Shown here: positions 38,800 through 46,847 of the stretch, piece by piece
How the letters are laid out: the number at the start of each line of letters is the position of its first letter
Position numbering within the stretch: the first letter of the stretch is position 1
NCBI GenBank assembly: GCA_045120755.1
Contig: JBGVFC010000072.1
Coordinates: 1-62,056 of the forward strand
DNA: 62,056 nucleotides
Direction of reading: 5' to 3'
Origin: Agathobacter sp.
GTDB lineage: Bacteria > Bacillota > Clostridia > Lachnospirales > Lachnospiraceae
Translations under genes and position numbers: made by a program
Notes under the pieces: generated by a model
Told to the model about the DNA's origin: nothing
What the model saw: the letters and a program-made list of their open reading frames with translations, nothing else
Databases searched by the model: none

Positions 38800-39243
38800 A
38801 TTATATGATGAAGTAGTAAATAATACGGGAGTTTTGTTGGTGAGTATTCCGAAAACTGTGTGTAGTGAAGTGGTTGAAAGAGGATATAAAAAAGTTGGAC
38901 TTTTAGGAACTATTTTTACCATGGAGCAAAGTTATATGAAAAAAGATTTGCGGCAAGCGGGAATTGAGGTAATTGTTCCAGAGAAGGTTGACAGGGAACT
39001 CATTGCTAAAAGAATATATGAAGAACTTGAACTAGGCATCGTGAAGGAATCTACATTACAAGAGTTCAATGATATAATCCAAAAATGCAGAATGTGTATG
39101 GTATAGAAGCTGTTATTTTAGGTTGTACAGAATTACCGTTGATATTAAACAATGAAAATTGCATACTTCCATGTTTAGATAGTGTGGAAATACATATTAG
39201 GAAACTAATAGAATTAGCGCAGGAATGTGAAACAACCCTGTAG
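38800..39243 (+). pseudogene. Aspartate/glutamate racemase-family remnant
   Basis: KKVGLLGT.FTME and I.EELE.G in one frame. A shift at the A5 run near 39081 continues as MQNVYGIEAVILGCTELPLIL (catalytic GCTE) to TAG 39243. The N-terminal half is absent. Confidence 0.8.
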
Positions 39244-39259
39244 AAAAATAAAATACATA

Positions 39260-39288
39260 TTGATGTTCGAATGTATGTTTGGTAAAAT
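39260..39288 (+). promoter_or_regulatory. Toxin promoter with LexA-like box in the spacer
   Basis: TTGATG-17bp-TAAAAT with a TG extension. CGAAT-GTAT-GTTTG lies at 39268-39281. Confidence 0.55.
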
Positions 39289-39378
39289 ATGGATACGGAA
39301 AGTACCCATGACAGGGTGGTAGCCTCCCGAGTTTGTGATACCGGTTCGCCGGAATACATAGGAAGGGAGGTGGCGCCG

Positions 39379-39495
39379 ATGACAGCTTATGAAATCATTT
39401 CGATTTTTATAGGGATATTGGCATTGCTGATGTCCTTTGGTAGCTTAATTGTTGCGTTGCTTGCCTTTCTCGATAAGAGAAACAAGCGAAAATAA
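39379..39495 (+). CDS. Putative holin-like type I toxin (38 aa)
   Basis: MTAYEIISIFIGILALLMSFGSLIVALLAFLDKRNKRK: one TM helix plus a basic tail. Very strong GGGAGGTG RBS with an upstream anti-SD (GCCTCCC). Confidence 0.85.
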   Translation: MTAYEIISIFIGILALLMSFGSLIVALLAFLDKRNKRK

Positions 39496-39598
39496 AAATG
39501 CCTATCCTGTCTGGTCCACAGGATAGGCGTTGTCCATAAGGACAAATATCAGTCTAAACTCGGAGCATCCACCATTGGAGTGGGTGCTTTCCCTTTGT
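39490..39598 (-). ncRNA. Putative antisense antitoxin RNA
   Basis: Minus-strand promoter TTGAAC(39633-28)-17bp-TATTAT(39610-05) with a TG extension. Ends at the hairpin GCCTATCCTGT / ACAGGATAGGC (39500-39528) followed by Ts on the minus strand. Boundaries approximate. Confidence 0.65.
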
Positions 39599-39694
39599 AT
39601 AATTATAATAACACTGATAACGGAATAGTTCAAGTGTATGTGCAAGGATTTTAATTGTAGAGTTTCTGTGATTAATAGTGATGGCTTTATATAA

Positions 39695-39724
39695 GAATAA
39701 TCTGGACTGATTTGTTCCATACTA
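39695..39724 (+). promoter_or_regulatory. SigG-type promoter for spoVAD
   Basis: GAATA-18bp-CATACTA matches the forespore sigma-G consensus; spoVA is a known SigG target. Confidence 0.65.
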
Positions 39725-39771
39725 ATTCCATAGAATACATGTTTGTATGTATCAGGAAAAGGAGAGATGGA

Positions 39772-40836
39772 ATGAATCAGCAGATTGGAAGAGGGAGTCT
39801 CTGTTTTTCAGAGGCTCCTTTTATTGTGAACAGTGCTTCCGTGGTGGGAACCAAGGAAGGAGAAGGCCCTCTGGGGCAGTATTTTGATGTGATTGGAGCG
39901 GATGACAAATTCGGGCAGGAGAACTGGGAGGCAGCGGAGAGTAGTCTGCAAAAGGAAGCAGTCACTCTGGCACTGGGCAAAGCGGGATGCAGTGAGCAGG
40001 ATATCCGCTATCTGTTTGCGGGGGACCTGTTGGGGCAGACGATTGCATCTTCATTTGGTTTAAAGAGCTTTCAGATACCGCTGTTTGGCTTGTACGGTGC
40101 GTGCTCGACCTGTGGCGAGTCACTGTCACTTGCGGCGATGACAATCGCTGCGGGCTATGCGAACCGGGTGGTGGCGGTGACCTCTAGTCATTTTGCCAGC
40201 GCGGAAAAACAGTTCCGTTTTCCGCTGGAGTACGCCAATCAGCGACCTTTAGCTGCCACATGGACGGTGACGGGAAGCGGAGCGTTTGTGCTGGCAGGCA
40301 GACAGGGGTTAGAGGAACTGCAAAAAAAGAGTGAACACGCCAACGATGGACCGGTGGCGAAGATTTCGGGTATCACAACCGGAAAAATTGTGGATTACGG
40401 AATCAAGGATTCGATGAATATGGGAGCCGCGATGGCGCCTGCCGCCGCAGATCTGATTGCCACACATTTGTCGGACTTCCATCGCACGCCGAAGGATTAT
40501 GACCGGATTGTCACGGGCGACCTTGGAACGGTGGGACAGGAAATCCTCTTCAATTTGTTGGAGGAAAAGGGCTATGATATCTCGCAGGTGCATGAGGATT
40601 GCGGAATCAAAATCTTCGATGGAAACAGTCAGGGAACGGGTGCAGGAGGCTCAGGCTGTGGCTGTTCGGCGGTTACGCTGAGTGCACATTATCTGCGGCT
40701 GATAAAAAGCGGCGAATTACACAGAATCCTGTTTGTTCCGACAGGGGCATTGTTATCGACGGTCAGCTTCAACGAGGGAGACAGTATCCCCGGAATTGCG
40801 CACGGCGTAGTGATTGAGAGTATCGGGAGGGAATGA
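39772..40836 (+). CDS. spoVAD: Stage V sporulation protein AD
   Basis: EGEGPL, WE.AE, GDLL.Q, YGACST, SSHF.SAE.QFRFPLEY, MGAAMAPAA and GGSGCGCS motifs. Confidence 0.95.
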   Translation: MNQQIGRGSLCFSEAPFIVNSASVVGTKEGEGPLGQYFDVIGADDKFGQENWEAAESSLQKEAVTLALGKAGCSEQDIRYLFAGDLLGQTIASSFGLKSFQIPLFGLYGACSTCGESLSLAAMTIAAGYANRVVAVTSSHFASAEKQFRFPLEYANQRPLAATWTVTGSGAFVLAGRQGLEELQKKSEHANDGPVAKISGITTGKIVDYGIKDSMNMGAAMAPAAADLIATHLSDFHRTPKDYDRIVTGDLGTVGQEILFNLLEEKGYDISQVHEDCGIKIFDGNSQGTGAGGSGCGCSAVTLSAHYLRLIKSGELHRILFVPTGALLSTVSFNEGDSIPGIAHGVVIESIGRE

Positions 40837-40839
40837 GTG

Positions 40840-41196
40840 ATGGATTATGTAAAGGCATTTGTGGTTGGAGGAATCATCTGTGCACTGGTGCAGATTCTAA
40901 TGGAAAAAACCAAGCTGCTTCCGGGCAGAATCATGGTGCTTTTGGTGTGTCTCGGGGCTGTTCTTGGCGCGGTACAGGTCTATGAGCCGTTTTTGAACTG
41001 GGCAGGCGCAGGAGCGAGTGTGCCGTTGCTTGGCTTTGGCAATACGCTTTGGACGGGCGTGCAGGAGGCGGTAGATGAAAATGGCTTCCTTGGAATCTTT
41101 ATGGGAGGCTTCAAGGCATGTGCCGTTGGCCTGTCTGCCGCACTGATTTTTTCCTATATCGCGTCACTGATTTGCGAACCGAAGATGAAAAAGTAA
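40840..41196 (+). CDS. spoVAE: Stage V sporulation protein AE (AC/AE family)
   Basis: AFVVGG.IC...Q and AGAGA.VPL.GFG motifs. Confidence 0.9.
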   Translation: MDYVKAFVVGGIICALVQILMEKTKLLPGRIMVLLVCLGAVLGAVQVYEPFLNWAGAGASVPLLGFGNTLWTGVQEAVDENGFLGIFMGGFKACAVGLSAALIFSYIASLICEPKMKK

Positions 41197-41231
41197 CTCA
41201 AAATTGTAAAATTCTCAAAATCATGATACAC

Positions 41232-41244
41232 TGAACATAGTTCA
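41232..41244. promoter_or_regulatory. Palindromic operator upstream of TetR
   Basis: TGAAC-ATA-GTTCA directly before the tetR RBS. Confidence 0.5.
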
Positions 41245-41272
41245 TTAAAATTGTGATTGAGGGGTTACAGGG

Positions 41273-41800
41273 ATGAATCGACGAGTGACAACGAGAGAAG
41301 CTATCCTTCAGGAAGCAATGGAGATTGCACTCCGCGAGGGAATAGACAAGGTCAGTATCCGAAAGCTTGCACAGGCATGCGGCATTGCGATTGGTTCCAT
41401 ATACAATTATTTTCCGGACAAGGATGCCTTGATTGCGGCGGTATCGGAGCAGTTCTGGGAGAAAATACTGGACAATCAGGAGCTGGTGTATATTGGCGGA
41501 ATGGGATTTTGTGCATTTTTGGAAGATTATTACAGTTTTTTGTATGGAAGACTGCTCCGCTATGACAGAAGCTGGCTTGTGGAGATGAATGCGTCTGCGC
41601 CGAAGGCGAGTGCGGTTATGCTGCTGAAAAAGGTTCTGATGGAAGATACCAGAGTCAATCCATCCATCTGGAATATGGAACTGAATGAGGATGTGTTCTG
41701 CGAGTATGTCATGACCAATCTCATGGCGCTTCTGCGTTCGGGAGAGAACAATTGCCGCTTCTTTTTATTTTTGTTAGAACATTTGCTGTATAATGAATAA
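41273..41800 (+). CDS. TetR/AcrR-family regulator
   Basis: SIRKLA..CGIA.GSIYNYFPDKD.L helix-turn-helix. Confidence 0.92.
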   Translation: MNRRVTTREAILQEAMEIALREGIDKVSIRKLAQACGIAIGSIYNYFPDKDALIAAVSEQFWEKILDNQELVYIGGMGFCAFLEDYYSFLYGRLLRYDRSWLVEMNASAPKASAVMLLKKVLMEDTRVNPSIWNMELNEDVFCEYVMTNLMALLRSGENNCRFFLFLLEHLLYNE

Positions 41801-41881
41801 TATTTTTCCGGCGGTAGATACTATCCTTAAGCCTCAGGTGCAGGCAGACCTGCAAGATTCAGAGGATAAAAGGAGAAAAAT

Positions 41882-42325
41882 ATGAGAAAAAAGTATCGAA
41901 TGCTGGCAATCACCTGTTTACTTATGGCAAGTATCTGTATGTTTACGGGCTGCGGCAACAAAGCAAATGACAACAACATGAATGGCAACACCACAAACGG
42001 AACTACCAACAACGGAACCAACAATAATGGAACCGTCAACGACGGAACCGAGAATAATGGAAATAATGTCACAGATGACATGAACAATGTCGGTGATGAT
42101 ATTATGGATATTGGCGAGGACGCTGTCAATGGTGTGGAAGATGCCGGAGATGCAATCGTCGATGGTGTGGAAGATGCCGGCAATGCAGTGGAAAACGGTG
42201 TAGATGACCTGATGAACGGAACTACCAACAACAATGGAACCAACAACAACGGAATGAACAACAGCACCAATAACGGAACAACAGAGGGAGCAATCAACAA
42301 CAACCCTCCGGCAACAAACAGATAA
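41882..42325 (+). CDS. Asn/Asp/Gly-rich low-complexity lipoprotein
   Basis: Lipobox FTGC, NNGT repeats and a central 11-residue repeat; AAGGAG RBS. Confidence 0.85.
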   Translation: MRKKYRMLAITCLLMASICMFTGCGNKANDNNMNGNTTNGTTNNGTNNNGTVNDGTENNGNNVTDDMNNVGDDIMDIGEDAVNGVEDAGDAIVDGVEDAGNAVENGVDDLMNGTTNNNGTNNNGMNNSTNNGTTEGAINNNPPATNR

Positions 42326-42342
42326 AATCATATCGTTTTGTG

Positions 42343-42412
42343 TGAATTTGCAGATTCTGTTGCAGACAAAATCCCGGCAAAAGCATAGGGAGGTCTGCAG
42401 TCAGAATTGCAA
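42343..42412. repeat. Family-1 degenerate copy
   Basis: TGAATTTGCAGATTCTGTTGCAGAC ... GTCTGCAGTCAGAATTGCAA. Confidence 0.7.
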
Positions 42413-42452
42413 GTGGTGCGGGAATGTCAATTTTTTCGCAGGAAGGAAAAAC

Positions 42453-42974
42453 ATGAAGAACAGAGAATTGAAAAAGCAAAGATACCAAAAGCGGATGGCT
42501 TATTTTAAGGAACACCCGCGTGCAGCACAGACAATACATATCTTAAACCGTTTGTTTACTTACCTTGTATTTGCCGCATATCCGCTTCTGCTAATCTACT
42601 TGCTGTATCAGCATAACCCTCTTTTGGCGCGGGCGATTATTGTTCCGATGAACGGATTTGTGCTATTGAGCGTTATTCGGTATTTTATAAACCGGAAGCG
42701 GCCTTATGAGGCATACGATACAGAACCGGCAATCAAAAAGAGCACAAAGGGCAATTCCTTTCCGAGCAGACATGTCTTTTCTGTGTTTGTTATTGCCATG
42801 ACATTTCTTGCATGTGCGCCGGATATATGGTACGGAATTGCCCTTCTGGTATTAGGTATCGGAATTGCAGCAGTCCGCGTGATATCGGGAGTGCATTACA
42901 TATCGGATGTGCTTGCTGCAGCAGGAATCGCCGTGCTCGCCGGAGTAATCGGATTCTGGGTTATTCCGGTGTAA
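42453..42974 (+). CDS. PAP2-family membrane phosphatase
   Basis: R.RPY, SFPSRH and RVISGVHY.SDV motifs. Confidence 0.9.
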   Translation: MKNRELKKQRYQKRMAYFKEHPRAAQTIHILNRLFTYLVFAAYPLLLIYLLYQHNPLLARAIIVPMNGFVLLSVIRYFINRKRPYEAYDTEPAIKKSTKGNSFPSRHVFSVFVIAMTFLACAPDIWYGIALLVLGIGIAAVRVISGVHYISDVLAAAGIAVLAGVIGFWVIPV

Positions 42975-44848
42975 AGCTGATAATATTTTCCCTTCTGCGC
43001 AATCAGATGCTCATGATTGCCCCGCTCAATCACGCGTCCCTGCTCGAGAACAATGATACAGTCACTGTTGCGAACGGTTGACAGACGATGGGCAATCACA
43101 AATGTGGTGCGCCCTGCCATCAGCTTATCCATACCATCCTGCACAATCCGCTCGGTGCGGGTGTCAATGGAACTGGTCGCTTCGTCGAGGATGAGTACAG
43201 GCGGATCGGCAATTGCGGCTCTTGCAATCGCAAGAAGCTGTCGCTGTCCCTGACTGAGATTGGCGCCGTCGCCGGACAGGATGGTCTGATAGCCGTCCGG
43301 AAGCTGCCGGATGAAGGTATCCGCATTGGCGAGTCTGGCAGCGGCATATACCTCCTCATCGGTTGCATCGAGTTTGCCGTAGCGGATATTTTCCATTACG
43401 GATGCGGTGAACAGATGTGTGTCCTGAAGTACAATCCCCAGCGAATGGCGGAGGTCCGCCTTCTTGATTTTGTTAATATTGATTCCGTCATAGCGGATTT
43501 TTCCATCCTGAATATCGTAGAAACGGTTAATCAGATTGGTGATGGTCGTCTTGCCGGCACCGGTTGAACCGACGAAGGCAATTTTCTGTCCGGGTGTAGC
43601 GAACAGGTCGACATTGTGGAGAACCGTTTTCTCCGGTACATAGCCAAAATCGACATCATCAAACACGACATCGCCTGTCAGCCGCTTGTATTCCACAGAG
43701 CCGTCCGCCTGATGTGTGTGTTTCCATGCCCAGATTCCGGTATGCTCGTCAGTCTCTGTCAGCACACCGTTCTCCTCGCGGGCATTGACAAGCGTGACAT
43801 ATCCTTCATCCGCCTCCGGAGTCTCATCCAGAAGAGCAAAAATACGCTCGCAGCCTGCCAGTGCCATGATAATGCTGTTGAACTGCTGGCTGATCTGTGA
43901 AATCGGCATGTTAAAGCTCTTATTTAAGGATAAGAAGATGGCGAGGTCGCCGAGCGTCAGTCCAAGCCAGCCGTTCAGCGCAATCAGACCGCCGACAGTT
44001 GCACACAGCACATAGCTGAGATTGCCAATCTGCGCGTTGATCGGACCAAGCATATTGGAAAAATAATTTGCATGGTAGGCACTGTCAAACAGCTCGTCGT
44101 TCAACTTGTTGAATTCTTCGATGTTCTGCTGCTCATGGGTAAATACCTTGACCACCTTCTGACCATTTAGCATCTCTTCAATGAATCCGTTGACTTTTCC
44201 CAATTCACGCTGCTGCGCAACGAAATGCCGGCTGGAGGAGCCTGCAAACGCCTTTGTAATGAGCGTGGTGATTCCGACCATAACCAGTGTCAGTATGGTA
44301 AGCGGAATATTTAAAGTAATCATGGATACAAGAACTCCGACAACCATGATCGCACTGTTGAGAAGCTGCGGAAGGCTCTGGCTGATGAGCTGGCGGAGCG
44401 TATCAATGTCATTCGTGTAGACAGACATAATATCACCGTGGGCGTGTGTGTCAAAATAGCGGATTGGCAGGTCCTGCATGTGGACAAACAACTGGTCACG
44501 CATGTTTTTCAATGTGCCCTGTGTGACATAAATCATAATCTTATTGTAGGCAAATGTGCTTAATACGCCGAGCGCATAGAACACTGCCACGCGAAGAATC
44601 GCATAGAGCAGTGCCGTAAAATCAAGGCTGTGGCTGGCAATCATCGGCGTGATGTAGTCATCAATCAGGCTTCCGGTAAAAAGAGTACCCTGAATATTGG
44701 CAAGTACACTGACAAAAATCAGTATGATGACCGAGATGACTGCAAACGCATATTTTTGAAAAATAAATTTCATCAGGCGTCCGAACAGCTTGCCCGGATT
44801 CTTAATCTGTGGTTTTGGACCTTTTGGTCCGTGTCCCGGTCCTGGCAT
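42896..44848 (-). CDS. ABC exporter, fused permease/ATPase
   Basis: Walker A GSTGAGKT, signature LSQGQ and Walker B LILDEATS. Confidence 0.94.
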   Translation of the reverse strand: MPGPGHGPKGPKPQIKNPGKLFGRLMKFIFQKYAFAVISVIILIFVSVLANIQGTLFTGSLIDDYITPMIASHSLDFTALLYAILRVAVFYALGVLSTFAYNKIMIYVTQGTLKNMRDQLFVHMQDLPIRYFDTHAHGDIMSVYTNDIDTLRQLISQSLPQLLNSAIMVVGVLVSMITLNIPLTILTLVMVGITTLITKAFAGSSSRHFVAQQRELGKVNGFIEEMLNGQKVVKVFTHEQQNIEEFNKLNDELFDSAYHANYFSNMLGPINAQIGNLSYVLCATVGGLIALNGWLGLTLGDLAIFLSLNKSFNMPISQISQQFNSIIMALAGCERIFALLDETPEADEGYVTLVNAREENGVLTETDEHTGIWAWKHTHQADGSVEYKRLTGDVVFDDVDFGYVPEKTVLHNVDLFATPGQKIAFVGSTGAGKTTITNLINRFYDIQDGKIRYDGININKIKKADLRHSLGIVLQDTHLFTASVMENIRYGKLDATDEEVYAAARLANADTFIRQLPDGYQTILSGDGANLSQGQRQLLAIARAAIADPPVLILDEATSSIDTRTERIVQDGMDKLMAGRTTFVIAHRLSTVRNSDCIIVLEQGRVIERGNHEHLIAQKGKYYQLYTGITQNPITPASTAIPAAASTSDM

Positions 44849-46596
44849 TAGTGAGCACCTCCTTCGTCAAAATCGCCGCCGCCATTGTTCTGTGAATCGT
44901 ACACATCGCGGTAGATTGCGTTTGTTTTCAATAAGTATTCATGTGTACCGAAGCCGTCAATCCGTCCGTCATTCAGTACGATAATGCGGTCGGCATCCAT
45001 GACGGAAGAGATACGCTGTGCGATGATCAGCTTGGTCGTGCCCGGAATACATTCGCGGAAAGCGGCGCGTATTCTGGCATCCGTAGCGGTATCCACGGCA
45101 CTTGTGCTGTCGTCGAGAATCAGAACCTTCGGCTTTTTTAACAGGGCACGGGCAATACATAAACGCTGCTTCTGACCGCCCGATACATTGGCGCCGCCCT
45201 GTTCGATATGTGTGTGGTATCCGTCCGGAAAACGCTCGATAAATTCATCGGCACACGCCATCCGGCACGCCTGCCGGCATTCCTCGTCCGTAGCATTCTG
45301 ATTTCCCCAGCGCAGATTGTCGTAGATGCTTCCGGAGAAGAGAACATTCTGCTGAAGTACCACGGATACCTGATTGCGGAGTGCATCCATGTCATAGCTG
45401 CGGACATCATTGCCGCCGACATAGATGGCACCTTCATCGACATCATAGAGACGGCTGATGAGGTTGACCAGAGTGGATTTCGAACTTCCGGTTCCTCCGA
45501 TGATGCCGATGGTCTCCCCAGAGTCAATCTTCAGATTAATGTGGTCGAGAACCGGAGCCTCCGCTGTCCGGGAATACCGGAAGCTGACCTGCTCGAAGCG
45601 GATGCTTCCATCCGGCACTTCGTAGATTGGATTTTGTGGATTTTTCAGGGTGCTTTCTTCATTGAGAACCTCTGCAATCCGCTTGCCGCTTGGAATACTT
45701 AAGGATACCATGACAAAAATCATGGAGAGCATCATCAGATTCATAAGAATGTTCATGCAGTAAGTCAGAAGCGCCATCAGATCTCCGGTTTCAAGACTTC
45801 CTCCTACTGCCATATGGGCACCAATCCAGCTGATTAGGAGAATACAGGTATATACGGTAAACTGCATCAGAGGTGTATTCCACACAACGATATTCTCAGC
45901 TTTGGTAAATACCTGATAGATATTTTTGCTTGCTTTGGTGAACTTGTTTTTTTCGTAATCCTCGCGGACATAGGCTTTGACCACGCGGATGGCAGAGACA
46001 TTTTCCTGCACGCTCTCGTTGAGTGCATCATATTTTTCAAAGGCGCTGCGGAAATGCTTCATGGCAAGCGTGGATATCAGCACGAGAAGCGTGCCGAGGA
46101 TGAGTACCGCAATCAGATAGATGACGGCAAGCCTTGGGCTGATGAAGAATGACATAGCCATTGCAAAAATTAAGGATGCCGGTGCACGCATAGCCATGCG
46201 AAGCAGCATCATATAGGCGTTCTGGATGTTGGTGACATCGGTGGTCATTCTTGTGACAAGTCCTGCGGTACTGAAATGATCAATATTGGCAAAAGAGTAG
46301 GTCTGGATATTCTGAAACATTGCGCTTCGAAGATTGCGGCCGAGACCCATAGCTGCTTTTGCACCGTATTTTGCGCCCATGCTTCCTGCAAAAAGAGATA
46401 CCAAAGCGGCAATCACCATCAATCCACCCATCTTGTAGATATGTGTGGAGTCACCGACATTGACGCCGTTGTCCACGATGGATGCCATCATAAGAGGAAT
46501 GATGGTTTCCATTGCGACTTCAAGAAGCATGTAGAGCGGTGTCGCGATGGAGGCTGCCTTGAATTCTTTGATCTGGGCACCTAGTGTTTTGAGCAT
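44848..46596 (-). CDS. ABC exporter, fused permease/ATPase (degenerate-site partner)
   Basis: GGTGSSKS, VSGGQ and LILDDSTS motifs; typical heterodimeric exporter pair with a 1-bp overlap. Confidence 0.94.
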   Translation of the reverse strand: MLKTLGAQIKEFKAASIATPLYMLLEVAMETIIPLMMASIVDNGVNVGDSTHIYKMGGLMVIAALVSLFAGSMGAKYGAKAAMGLGRNLRSAMFQNIQTYSFANIDHFSTAGLVTRMTTDVTNIQNAYMMLLRMAMRAPASLIFAMAMSFFISPRLAVIYLIAVLILGTLLVLISTLAMKHFRSAFEKYDALNESVQENVSAIRVVKAYVREDYEKNKFTKASKNIYQVFTKAENIVVWNTPLMQFTVYTCILLISWIGAHMAVGGSLETGDLMALLTYCMNILMNLMMLSMIFVMVSLSIPSGKRIAEVLNEESTLKNPQNPIYEVPDGSIRFEQVSFRYSRTAEAPVLDHINLKIDSGETIGIIGGTGSSKSTLVNLISRLYDVDEGAIYVGGNDVRSYDMDALRNQVSVVLQQNVLFSGSIYDNLRWGNQNATDEECRQACRMACADEFIERFPDGYHTHIEQGGANVSGGQKQRLCIARALLKKPKVLILDDSTSAVDTATDARIRAAFRECIPGTTKLIIAQRISSVMDADRIIVLNDGRIDGFGTHEYLLKTNAIYRDVYDSQNNGGGDFDEGGAH

Positions 46597-46737
46597 ATAA
46601 TCCCTTCTTTCTGTAAACCGTCTCCGACACTATATAATAAGGAAACGGTTCTGTTTTCATTGCTTTTCCTATTATAAGCATGAGGAATAAATTGTCAATC
46701 TTTTCCTTTTTTTGGAAAAGAAATACAGATAAAATAA

Positions 46738-46788
46738 CCACATAATCTTGATTTGGTATGTTGACAAAACCACTAGATATAGTATAAT
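46738..46788 (+). promoter_or_regulatory. nrdD promoter with tandem NrdR boxes
   Basis: TTGACA(46761)-16bp-TATAAT(46783). CCACATAATCTTGATT (46738) and CCACTAGATATAGTAT (46770) are 32 bp apart and resemble acaCwAtATaTwGtgt. Confidence 0.75.
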
Positions 46789-46847
46789 TTCATTGAACAG
46801 AAGAAAAACCCGCAAAAATGGCGGTTTGAATATTGAAGGAGACAGTT

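Noticed and set aside
39060-39110. Programmed frameshift in the racemase
   Set aside because: The gene also lacks its 5' half and no stimulatory structure is evident, so decay is the simpler explanation.
41232-41244. TGAAC-ATA-GTTCA as a LexA box
   Set aside because: The spacer is 3 bp rather than 4, and its position fits TetR autoregulation better.
41990-42300. Repeats in the Asn-rich gene as a possible CRISPR or non-coding array
   Set aside because: The repeats are in-frame multiples of three within a lipoprotein ORF, with no unique spacers and no cas genes.
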